A DNA stretch of 64,000 nucleotides from Saprospira grandis (GTDB lineage: Bacteria; Bacteroidota; Bacteroidia; Chitinophagales; Saprospiraceae): positions 988,241 through 1,052,240 of the forward strand of contig NZ_CP110854.1 of the NCBI RefSeq assembly GCF_027594745.1, written 5' to 3'. Position numbers and translations under genes: made by a program. The notes under the pieces were generated by a model, which worked only from the letters and a program-made list of their open reading frames with translations, was not told the DNA's origin and did no database searches. The first letter of the stretch is position 1; each line of letters opens with the position of its first letter. Positions 18,758-27,097 of the stretch are shown here, piece after piece.

Positions 18758-18921
18758 GGAATTCGGCCAGGGGCGGGCTGGCCCAGCGCTGCGGAGGGGT
18801 GGCCGAAGGCCAGACCCAGGGCGGAACGAAGTGGAGCCCGCAGGGCCGAGCAGAGCTGCGAGCCCCGCAGCATAGCGGCGGCCAGCTAGGCAAAGCCTAG
18901 CTGGCCGCGGGCCCCAAAATA
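18758..18921. repeat. GC-rich composite intergenic hairpin repeat
   Basis: Contains ggtggccgaaggccagacccagggcggaacgaagtggagcccgcagggccgagcagagctgcgagcc and gggccccaaaat. Confidence 0.7.
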
Positions 18922-18932
18922 TAAAAAGAATA

Positions 18933-21878
18933 CTACTTTTTGGCTCGATAAATCAGCCAGCCGAAAACTAAAAAGAGGGCAAAAAGGGCGGCCCAGATCA
19001 ATGGTCCATAATTCATTTTTTGGGGCAACTCTAGTGCGCTACTATTTCCGCTTAGCCACCAAGCGGCCCAGAAAAAGGGCTGGGCGGCCACCTCCTTTTG
19101 GTCCACCAACTCTAGGTAGCTAATTTGGGCCTGTTGCAGTGCCTTATCTTTGCGTTGGCCGGCCTGTAGGTAGCCATAAAAAAGCTCCATTAAAAGGCGG
19201 CTGCTCTCATCATTGACCTCCCAAAGAGTGCTCAGCGTACTAGCGGCGCCAGCATAGCGAAAGCCAAGGCCGAGGCTTTGGGCCCCCTCTCCGGCCTGAT
19301 AGCGGCCGGCGGCAGTTTGGCAGGCAGAGAGCACCACCAAATCGGCGGATAAATGCAGGCCAGGCAACTCATAAGCCAGCAGCAAATCGTCTTGGAGGCT
19401 ATCTTGAGTTTCGCTAAAAAAGAGAGCCGAATAACTAGGCGCCATAGGGTCGGTAATGGCATGCATGGCAAGATGGATAAACTGTGCTTTTGGAGCTAGT
19501 TGTCTAAAGCGTTGTTCATTGGCTTGTTCTTGGCGCAAAAACTGTCCATTAAAATGGGCCTCTAGAAAATCGAGTTCGGCCATAGCGCCAGCGAGAGGCT
19601 GCAATTGTTTTCGGGCCTGTCCCCAATCCAGCGCTTGTCGGTCAATAGCTTGTCCTTGGCCCTGATAGCTAGGGGCCATAGCCAAAAAGCCTTTTGCGGC
19701 TGTTTTGGGTTGGGGTTGCAGATAAAAATTGGCGGCATACAAATAGCTAATCGCATAAGACCTCATCAGATAATCGAGGCGGCTAAAGGGTTGTTCTTCC
19801 GCTTTGGGCAGCAGGCAACTGAAGGCGAGTTGGGATAATTCGGCATGAGGTGAAATGAGTAAATCGTATTTTGGAGTTTGGGGAATCAGCTGTTGATAGA
19901 GCTGATGGGCAAGGCGAATAAAATTGCTTTTGAAAGGCTTTAGGCTTTCTCTGGGGCGTTGGACGAGCTGTTTAAAATCTTGTAACTGTTCACGAAGATT
20001 TGTGGTTGGGCCGAGGATAAAAAGCTGAATTTCGTCCTCTTCTAGCAAAAAGCAATAGCTATTTTTGGGGCCCATAAAATAAGTGATCAGGCTATACTTT
20101 TCTTTATTCAGCTTTTTCTTGAGTTTGTTTAGGTCGAGTTCTTCCAGCTCCTCTTGCCATTTTGTATAGCTAGGATACTTTTGGGCCAATTGGGTCAGGA
20201 GCTCATCTAGTGCTTGGCGTTTTTGAAAAAGGACGGCCTGCATTTTTTGGGCCTTCAGGCTATCGGCCTTTCGTTGGGCTCGGCTAAACTGGGCTTGATA
20301 ATAACTAATATCTTGGCGCAGGCTACGTTCTTCGGCCAAGAGTTCGGCAGAGACATTGCCCAGCTGTTGAGCTTCCTTATTGCGCAAAGAGCTGAGCAGC
20401 CAGCTGCCTTTGGCCAGCTCAATTTCGATAAAGGCCTGTTGGATATAAATGGGATTTTTTTCTGCTTGATCTAGGGCCATGGCTGTTTCGACAAAAGCCT
20501 CATAGACTTTTTCTGTTTGGGCTTTCAGTGCCGCTTTTCCGCCTTTGGAGCCCAATTGTTTTTCTAATTCTTTGGCCAAAGAAATAGCCATTTGGCAGCT
20601 TTGGTACTGCTCTAGCAGAGGGGCGGCAGTTATTTTTTGGGTTTGATAAATTCCCCATAAAATAGCGAGGCCTTCTTGGCCTTTAAGTTGAGCCAGGCCT
20701 TCTTTTTGGCCTAGGCCAGCGGTTTGGAAGCGGATCGCTTCCTCAAAATATTGCTTGGCCAAATTGGCCTTATCTAGGGCTAGGGCGGCTTGGCCGAGGG
20801 CGATATAGATTTCTTGATTTTTGGCTAGTTCTCTAAAGGCGGCCCCTTCTTTTCGGGCATAGGCCAAATCGGCGGCCAGACTTTCTATACCTTCAAGGTC
20901 TTTAGCTTTCTTGAGCTTATGAATATAGGCTTTGAGTAGGGGAAACTGAGCATGGCCTCCACGGCTCAGCAATTCAGGCAGGGAGATATTGCTGCTGCTC
21001 TCTTCATCTAAGAGGGCCAAATATGCAGTTGCTTCTAGGGCAAAAAAGCTATTTAGTTGGCCCAATTCTGCAAATAGCTGGCTAGCCTTTTTTAGGAGCG
21101 GCAAAGCCTGTTCATTTTGGCCCAGCTCATAATAGCAAATGCCCTTACTGGCCAAGTTTTTTGCTTGAATAGCAAGGGCTAAGGGTTCGTCATCTAAGGC
21201 GGCTAGGGCCTCTAGGGTGCGTTCAAAGTTTCCTTTCTTTCGATAGATTTGCGCCATAAGAGAGTAGGCGACAAATCGGGCCTCCTGCGATTGTAGTTTA
21301 GCCAACTTCTTGGCCCATTTTAGAGAAGTTTCGGCTTCATTGGCCAGGCCAAAATGGAAGTAAGCGCCTTCCTTATAGAGAGAAAACTTCAGCTTTTCCG
21401 AATAGCGATCTGTGTTTTTTTCTAGCCAGTTCAAGGCCTTTTCTAAGCGCTCTTTTTGCTCTAAAACAGGGCGACTTTCTAGATAACCTACATAATAATC
21501 GGCAAAATAGTAATAGGGTAAGCTAGCGGCAGCCTCTTGCTCGGCCCAGCGCTTTTGTTCTAAGACAAAAGCCTTTAGCTCGGCTTCATAGCGTTTTTTG
21601 CCCTTGATTTTTTTTCCCCCCATACTTACATAAGCAAAAGCAAGCTCGACCAAGGCCCAATCGGCGGCCTCTTGGAAGCTAGTATTTCGCCAAAAAGGGC
21701 GTATGGGAGCTGCTTGAGCAAAGCTCCTTTGATAATAACGCATCAGGACTGCCCGCTGCTCTTTGATTGTAGTCAGCTGGGCCAGACTATCTTGATAACG
21801 CTCGGGCGCTAATTTGGGCTGAGCCAAAAGCGTGCAGCTAAAAAATAGGCAGCAAAGGCTGTAGATATAATTTCGCAT
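18933..21878 (-). CDS. CHAT-domain (caspase-like) protein with N-terminal TPR repeats and a C-terminal TM anchor
   Basis: The CHAT catalytic His/Cys dyad regions are present (FIHLAMHA... and DLVVLSACQTAAG). The N-terminal 650 aa are TPR-like helical repeats. A signal-like start (MRNYIYSLCCLFFSCTLLAQ) sits at the internal ATG 21878, although the ORF extends to 21935. Confidence 0.8.
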   Translation of the reverse strand: MRNYIYSLCCLFFSCTLLAQPKLAPERYQDSLAQLTTIKEQRAVLMRYYQRSFAQAAPIRPFWRNTSFQEAADWALVELAFAYVSMGGKKIKGKKRYEAELKAFVLEQKRWAEQEAAASLPYYYFADYYVGYLESRPVLEQKERLEKALNWLEKNTDRYSEKLKFSLYKEGAYFHFGLANEAETSLKWAKKLAKLQSQEARFVAYSLMAQIYRKKGNFERTLEALAALDDEPLALAIQAKNLASKGICYYELGQNEQALPLLKKASQLFAELGQLNSFFALEATAYLALLDEESSSNISLPELLSRGGHAQFPLLKAYIHKLKKAKDLEGIESLAADLAYARKEGAAFRELAKNQEIYIALGQAALALDKANLAKQYFEEAIRFQTAGLGQKEGLAQLKGQEGLAILWGIYQTQKITAAPLLEQYQSCQMAISLAKELEKQLGSKGGKAALKAQTEKVYEAFVETAMALDQAEKNPIYIQQAFIEIELAKGSWLLSSLRNKEAQQLGNVSAELLAEERSLRQDISYYQAQFSRAQRKADSLKAQKMQAVLFQKRQALDELLTQLAQKYPSYTKWQEELEELDLNKLKKKLNKEKYSLITYFMGPKNSYCFLLEEDEIQLFILGPTTNLREQLQDFKQLVQRPRESLKPFKSNFIRLAHQLYQQLIPQTPKYDLLISPHAELSQLAFSCLLPKAEEQPFSRLDYLMRSYAISYLYAANFYLQPQPKTAAKGFLAMAPSYQGQGQAIDRQALDWGQARKQLQPLAGAMAELDFLEAHFNGQFLRQEQANEQRFRQLAPKAQFIHLAMHAITDPMAPSYSALFFSETQDSLQDDLLLAYELPGLHLSADLVVLSACQTAAGRYQAGEGAQSLGLGFRYAGAASTLSTLWEVNDESSRLLMELFYGYLQAGQRKDKALQQAQISYLELVDQKEVAAQPFFWAAWWLSGNSSALELPQKMNYGPLIWAALFALFLVFGWLIYRAKK

Positions 21879-22125
21879 GAATTCTGAAAAGTTCGGTGAG
21901 TTGGGCCAATTACAAAGGTAGACAATAGGCCTCAAAAAGCAATTCCCTTAAGTTGAACAATTAGTACAACTATTATTTAACATAATTTTAAGCTAGTCTA
22001 AATAAACCACAAAGTGAGAAATGCTACAGAAGTTACCAGATTTTTGGACTACACTTGCAAAGTATAAGTTACCAAACAGGTAATATACGCCAAAAACATT
22101 ACGCACATTTAAAAACTTTTATTCC

Positions 22126-22884
22126 ATGAAGAATTATTCCTTCTATCTCAGCATTTTTTTCCTTTTTTGTTTTTCCTTTTCTCAGAATCTGCAAGCTCAG
22201 GAGAGCGATGAAATTAACAATTGGTTTTTTCTACACACGACAGCCAAGTTAAATAATAAATGGGAACTTGGCAATGAACTACACATTCGTCGGGATGATT
22301 GGGTAGAGAACTGGCGAAATTTGCTCATACGTCCTTATGCTAGTTACTACCTTAACAATACTGCTATTCTCACAGCTGGCTATTCCTATATTGGTTCTTG
22401 GGCGCTACCGGGTAGTGATAAAGCTCCTCTAAGTAACGAACATAATATCTGGGAACAATTTTGTTTTCGTCATAAGCTCAACAAAGCGACTAAGGTATGT
22501 CATCGATACCGTTTTGAGCATCGCTTTGTTGATCAATGGGAGCATAATTTGAATACAGATGAATGGGAGAAAACAGGAAGAGAGTTTAGCAATCGATTTA
22601 GATATAGAATTACGGTTAAATCTGATTTGGCTAAAATTAAAGATGAGCAATCTATTTATTTAGTTATTTTTGATGAAATCTGGATAAATCAGGCTGACAA
22701 TCTCCGTTTTAAGAGCCTAGCACGAAACTGGCTATATTTGGGTTTAGGCTATAGACTCAACCCTCAACTTTGCTTTGAATTGGCCTATATGCACCAACAC
22801 GATACCTACAATGCTACAGACTACCTCAACACGCCTATTATGCAATTATCACTTTGGTATAAAGTGCCTGTAAAAAAGTCTTAA
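22126..22884 (+). CDS. Secreted DUF2490-like outer-membrane protein
   Basis: A signal peptide is followed by beta-rich content. It is a paralog of the disrupted gene at 53191..54033. Confidence 0.5.
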   Translation: MKNYSFYLSIFFLFCFSFSQNLQAQESDEINNWFFLHTTAKLNNKWELGNELHIRRDDWVENWRNLLIRPYASYYLNNTAILTAGYSYIGSWALPGSDKAPLSNEHNIWEQFCFRHKLNKATKVCHRYRFEHRFVDQWEHNLNTDEWEKTGREFSNRFRYRITVKSDLAKIKDEQSIYLVIFDEIWINQADNLRFKSLARNWLYLGLGYRLNPQLCFELAYMHQHDTYNATDYLNTPIMQLSLWYKVPVKKS

Positions 22885-23004
22885 TGTTCTTTCTTGTTTT
22901 TGGCCTTCTCCAAAGGGCCTTATCCAAATAGCTAGAATGCCTCTTTACGATTTAGCGTAAAGGGGCATTTTTTATCTTATGCTGTTTAAAACGGAGACGG
23001 GGCA

Positions 23005-23230
23005 ATTGGCCTAGCGATGTGCAGCAGTGCGGCGAAGCCGCAGACCCAGGCGGCGAAGCCGCCGCAGGGCCGAGCAGACCTGCGAGCTGCGAAACGTAGC
23101 GCCTGCCGTAGGCAGGAGGCCCCAAAACAGCAGCGAGCTGCGGAACGACAACAAGGACTTTAGTCCGCAGTTCGACGACCGAAGGGAGTAACCGCCGACG
23201 ACCGAAGGGAGGCGGAGGCCCCAAAACAGC
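23005..23230. repeat. GC-rich composite intergenic hairpin repeat
   Basis: Contains cctagcgatgtgcagcagtgcggcgaagccgcagacc, gcagggccgagcagacctgcgagctgcgaaacgtagcgcctgccgtaggcaggaggccccaaaacagc. It is nearly identical to the copy at 58058..58250. Confidence 0.75.
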
Positions 23231-23237
23231 AGACTTC

Positions 23238-23792
23238 TTATCTACGTCGGCTAGGTCCTTTTGGGAGCATTTCCTCGGCTAATTGCAGGCCAATTTCTTC
23301 TACAAAGCAGGCGATTTCCTTTTGGCTATTATAGAGTCCCCAGAGGCTAGTATTTGGGCTTAGCGGGGCGCTTGTACTATTTTTGGGCCAGAAAAAGCGG
23401 GCTGTTTTTCCATTAGATAGTTGTAATTCTATTTCGTATTGTTTGGACAGGCTGCCCCAATTCCATTTTTCCTTTTGGCTGAGGAGCTGAGCGAGCATAA
23501 GTTCGCCATCGGCTAGGCAGCTACTACGATTTTGCAAAACCTTATTTCCCTGAAAAAGGAAATAGAAAGCGCCCAGCTCAAAAAGCAGCATAAAGGCAGT
23601 CATCAGGGCAAAAGAAGGCAATGCTTGCAGGGCAAAAAGGAGGACAAAAAGCAGCAGGGGAAACAGCAAAAGGCTAATTCCGATAATATAATAGCCTCTG
23701 AGTCCATGACTAAGTGGCAACTGTTTTTTGATCCGTTCTAGATTGCGGCCACTTCCTGGATCTAGGGCCAAAGTGGGAAAAGACTGACTCAT
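23238..23792 (-). CDS. Membrane protein, hypothetical
   Basis: Two TM helices are present (YYIIGISLLLFPLLLFVLLFALQALPSFALMTAFMLLFELGAFYFLF). I place the start at the internal ATG that overlaps the fbp stop; the longer ORF would overlap fbp. Confidence 0.5.
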   Translation of the reverse strand: MSQSFPTLALDPGSGRNLERIKKQLPLSHGLRGYYIIGISLLLFPLLLFVLLFALQALPSFALMTAFMLLFELGAFYFLFQGNKVLQNRSSCLADGELMLAQLLSQKEKWNWGSLSKQYEIELQLSNGKTARFFWPKNSTSAPLSPNTSLWGLYNSQKEIACFVEEIGLQLAEEMLPKGPSRRR

Positions 23793-23796
23793 AAGC

Positions 23797-24780
23797 TTAG
23801 AAATTGGGCAATAGCTCCATTTTTTCAGACAGGCGTTCCACCAAGCCTTTAGAGCCGATATAAACTGGCGTACGTTGGTGCAACTGCTTAATTTCCAGCT
23901 CCATAATTCTTTCTTGGCCATTGGTAGCGGCTCCACCGGCCTGTTCAATCACAAAAGCCATGGGGTTGCACTCATAGAGCAGGCGCAATTTTCCGGAGCT
24001 AGAGCTTGGGCTACTTGGGTACATAAAAATGCCTCCTTTGATGAGGGTGCGGTGCACATCGGCCACCATAGAGCCCGTATAGCGGAAGCGCATATCCTCT
24101 TCCACGCAATCATCGATAAAGCGGCGGACCCCTTCGGGGAAGGTTTTATAGCGGCTTTGATTGACTGAATAATTCTTGCTTTCGGGAATCTTGATATCGG
24201 GATGCGAGAGGCAAAACTCTCCGATAGAAGGATCGAGGGTAAAGCCGTTGACGCCTTGGCCGGTTGTATAAACCAGCATGGTAGAGGAGCCATAGAGCAC
24301 ATAACCAGCCGCCACTTGTTCGGCCCCATCTTGCAAGAAATCTTCTAGGGTACAGGGACCATCTAGAGAATTGCGGCGATAGATGGCAAAAATGGTCCCA
24401 ATAGAAACATTTACATCAATATTAGAAGAGCCATCGAGGGGATCAAAGGCCACCACATATTTGGCCTTTTTGCAATTCTCAAAAGCCACAAAGCTCTCTT
24501 GCTCCTCGGAGGCGATGCCGCAGCATTCTCCGCTATTTTGCAAACAGGCCTGCAGAATTTCGTCGGCTAGAATATCTAATTTTTGGACCGTTTCTCCAGA
24601 GGCGTTTTCTACGCCTGCCAAGCCAATAATATCGGCTAAGCCTGCCTTATTGACCTCTCGGCTAATAATTTTGCAAGCTAGGCAAATATCTCTTAACAAG
24701 CCAGAGAGTTCGCCAGTGGCATAAGGAAGGTCTTGTTGCTTGCGGATGATAAACTCGTCTACAGTGATGAGCTGTTTCAT
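23797..24780 (-). CDS. fbp: Fructose-1,6-bisphosphatase class 1
   Basis: FBPase metal-binding and active-site motifs are present ([22 protein letters not shown]; [21 protein letters not shown]). Confidence 0.9.
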   Translation of the reverse strand: MKQLITVDEFIIRKQQDLPYATGELSGLLRDICLACKIISREVNKAGLADIIGLAGVENASGETVQKLDILADEILQACLQNSGECCGIASEEQESFVAFENCKKAKYVVAFDPLDGSSNIDVNVSIGTIFAIYRRNSLDGPCTLEDFLQDGAEQVAAGYVLYGSSTMLVYTTGQGVNGFTLDPSIGEFCLSHPDIKIPESKNYSVNQSRYKTFPEGVRRFIDDCVEEDMRFRYTGSMVADVHRTLIKGGIFMYPSSPSSSSGKLRLLYECNPMAFVIEQAGGAATNGQERIMELEIKQLHQRTPVYIGSKGLVERLSEKMELLPNF

Positions 24781-24874
24781 GAAAGTGAAATTAGATAGAC
24801 AAAAAAATTAGGGATACGCCCGCAAATATAAGATGATTTTTAGGAATGCTTGAGGCCCCAAAGGATTTTATCGG

Positions 24875-25450
24875 CTAGTCCGCAGATTCTCCCCAACGAT
24901 AGCTATCATTTAACTGAAAACCGGCCAAATCTAGGGCCCGATCAATCACGGTGGCGGCTAGTTCCTCAAAGGTTTTGGGTTTGGAGTAAAAAGAGGGAAC
25001 GGCTGGACAAATAATGGCGCCCGCCTCTGTCAATCGCTGCATATTTTGCAGATGAATGAGGCTAAGGGGCGTTTCTCGGCTGAGCAAAATCAGTTTGCGC
25101 CGCTCTTTGAGGATGACATCGGCGGCGCGGCTGCTGAGATCGTCGGAAATGCCCGCAGCAACTCGGCCCAAAAAGCCCATGGAGCAGGGACAAACAATCA
25201 TACTGTTATATTGGGCCGAGCCCGAAGCAAAAGGTGCCATAAAATCCCTTTTGTCGTAAAAATCAAAGGGGTAGTTTTTATAGTCTTGGTTCTCTAGCTC
25301 TAGCTCCCAATTATACTTGGCGTTATCGCTCATGACCACCCCCACTTTTTCCCATTGGGCTTGCAAAAGCAGCAAGCGATCAAATAATACTTTGGCGTAG
25401 ATAGAGCCGCTGGCCCCAGCCACCGCAATGACGAGTTTATGTTTTTGCAT
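24875..25450 (-). CDS. ubiX: Flavin prenyltransferase UbiX (PAD1 family)
   Basis: The KLVIAVAGASGSIYA flavoprotein P-loop-like N-terminus and the CPCSMGFLGRVAAGISDDL... motif are present. The start is at internal ATG 25450. Confidence 0.8.
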   Translation of the reverse strand: MQKHKLVIAVAGASGSIYAKVLFDRLLLLQAQWEKVGVVMSDNAKYNWELELENQDYKNYPFDFYDKRDFMAPFASGSAQYNSMIVCPCSMGFLGRVAAGISDDLSSRAADVILKERRKLILLSRETPLSLIHLQNMQRLTEAGAIICPAVPSFYSKPKTFEELAATVIDRALDLAGFQLNDSYRWGESAD

Positions 25451-25499
25451 AGCTTTTTTTAGGGAAACAAGTTTTTGGGGCGGGGGTTGAGGGAAAGGG

Positions 25500-25527
25500 A
25501 TAAAAAAAGCCGCCAATTGGCGGCTTG
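25500..25527 (-). terminator. Rho-independent terminator for the M23 peptidase gene
   Basis: On the minus strand the hairpin agccgccaattggcggct is followed by a T7 run. Confidence 0.6.
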
Positions 25528-25533
25528 GGGAGT

Positions 25534-26454
25534 CTAAAACTCAATATAATTCTGTGCATCAATCGGCTGCCCATTATACCAGAGCTCAAAGTGCAGATGT
25601 GGCCCCGAGCTCATCTCTCCAGAGTTGCCAATAATGGCCACGGCTTCTCCTGCCTTTACCCGATCTCCCGTTTTTTTGAGGCGGGCCGAATTGTGTTTGT
25701 ACCAAGAAATCAGGTTGTTGCTATGCTGCACCCCAATCATATGACCCGTATCGGCAGACCAGCTCGACATGATGACCGTGCCCGCCCGAACAGCCTGTAC
25801 TACCGAGCCTTTGGGCGCCACCACCAAATCGGTCCCATAATGCGCCCGAGAAGGAGCAAAACTATCCGAAACAACACCTTTTACAGGTGGCACAAAGCTT
25901 TCTTTATCTAGACGGTCCTCATCTTCCAAAAAGACACTTTGAATCAAAGAACCTAGTTCTCGCTCCATTTCTGCACTTTCCACCACCGATTTGGTGGCAT
26001 CAGATTGCTCGGGCACGCCTTGAACCGAAGCTTTTTGGCCTGTTTCGGTGCTTCCGCCCGATTTAGGCTTTTCAACATCTTTTTCATACTCAAATTCCGC
26101 ATTAGCCAGCTGCTTAATGCTTTCGGTCTGGGCCTGATTATTTTCCATATCCATTTTCAGGCTATCCATTTGCAACAACAACTGCTTGAGCTCCTTCCGA
26201 ACTCCAGAGTCCGCTATATTATTATTGCCCGAAGACATCAAATAATTGAGTGGAGAAAAACGAATCACCAAAACGGTCAGCAAAATAATCCCCAGCGTAA
26301 TACTACTTGAAACCAGGGCCACATTCAGAGGGCTCAGGCGCCAACTTTTCTCCTCTACATAGGTCTGTTCATTGACCACCACCAGTTTATGATGTGCAGA
26401 GATCCAGGGAATTAGTGGTTTTTTCTTCTTTTTATGATTTGGCGTAGCGCTCAT
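25534..26454 (-). CDS. M23 family (LytM-like) metallopeptidase, membrane-anchored
   Basis: An N-terminal TM helix is followed by a coiled coil. The C-terminal M23 domain carries the HxxxD ...HxH motifs (HYGTDLV...; GPHLHFELW). Confidence 0.85.
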   Translation of the reverse strand: MSATPNHKKKKKPLIPWISAHHKLVVVNEQTYVEEKSWRLSPLNVALVSSSITLGIILLTVLVIRFSPLNYLMSSGNNNIADSGVRKELKQLLLQMDSLKMDMENNQAQTESIKQLANAEFEYEKDVEKPKSGGSTETGQKASVQGVPEQSDATKSVVESAEMERELGSLIQSVFLEDEDRLDKESFVPPVKGVVSDSFAPSRAHYGTDLVVAPKGSVVQAVRAGTVIMSSWSADTGHMIGVQHSNNLISWYKHNSARLKKTGDRVKAGEAVAIIGNSGEMSSGPHLHFELWYNGQPIDAQNYIEF

Positions 26455-26589
26455 AAAGCTCTTGATCTAGATTTTGGGATGCTTGGGGCCCTCTTTAAGG
26501 AAAGGGCTCAGAAATGGCGAAAATACGAACAAAGCCCTTATTTTTGTAGGCCTTAGGGCTTTTTTCGGTTCAAGGGATCAATTCTTCTG

Positions 26590-26716
26590 TTTTTTTGGGG
26601 CCTCCTGCCTGCGGCAGGCGCTACGTTTCGGGGCTCGCAGGTCTGCTCGGCCCTGCGCGGGCTTCGCCCGCTGGCTCTGGCGCTTCGCGCCACCCCTCCA
26701 CATCGCTAGGCCGATC
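26590..26716. repeat. GC-rich composite intergenic hairpin repeat
   Basis: Contains ttttggggcctcctgcctgcggcaggcgctacgtttcggggctcgcaggtctgctcggccctgcgcgggcttcgcccgc and catcgctaggcc. Confidence 0.7.
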
Positions 26717-26889
26717 AAAAACTCCCTTTGGTCCTTGAAAGGCAGCCTTTGGCTGCCCAAAAGCTCGCTTTGCTCGCCCTGCAAACTGCTTTTTTGCTCC
26801 TAAACCAACAGAAAAAGCCTTTTTTTACGTTTCTAAATTAGGCCCCTTTTGTTTGGACCAATAAATAGAGCCAGACGGTCCTTAGTCTT

Positions 26890-27057
26890 TGGCCTAGCGA
26901 TGGTAGGCAGTGCGGCGCAGCCGCAGACCTAGGCGGCTTTGCCGCCGCAGGGCCGAGCAGACCTGCGAGCTGCCGGACGACAACAAGCCCTTTAGGGTGC
27001 AGTTCGACGACCAAAGGGAGTAACCGCAGCAAGCGCAGCGCAGCTGAGGCCCCAAAA
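26890..27057. repeat. GC-rich composite intergenic hairpin repeat
   Basis: Contains cctagcgatggtaggcagtgcggcgcagccgcagacc and gcagggccgagcagacctgcgagctgccggacgacaacaag ... ggccccaaaataa. Confidence 0.7.
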
Positions 27058-27097
27058 TAAATCATTCTACAGATAGCAATTCACTAGCAAATACCTT

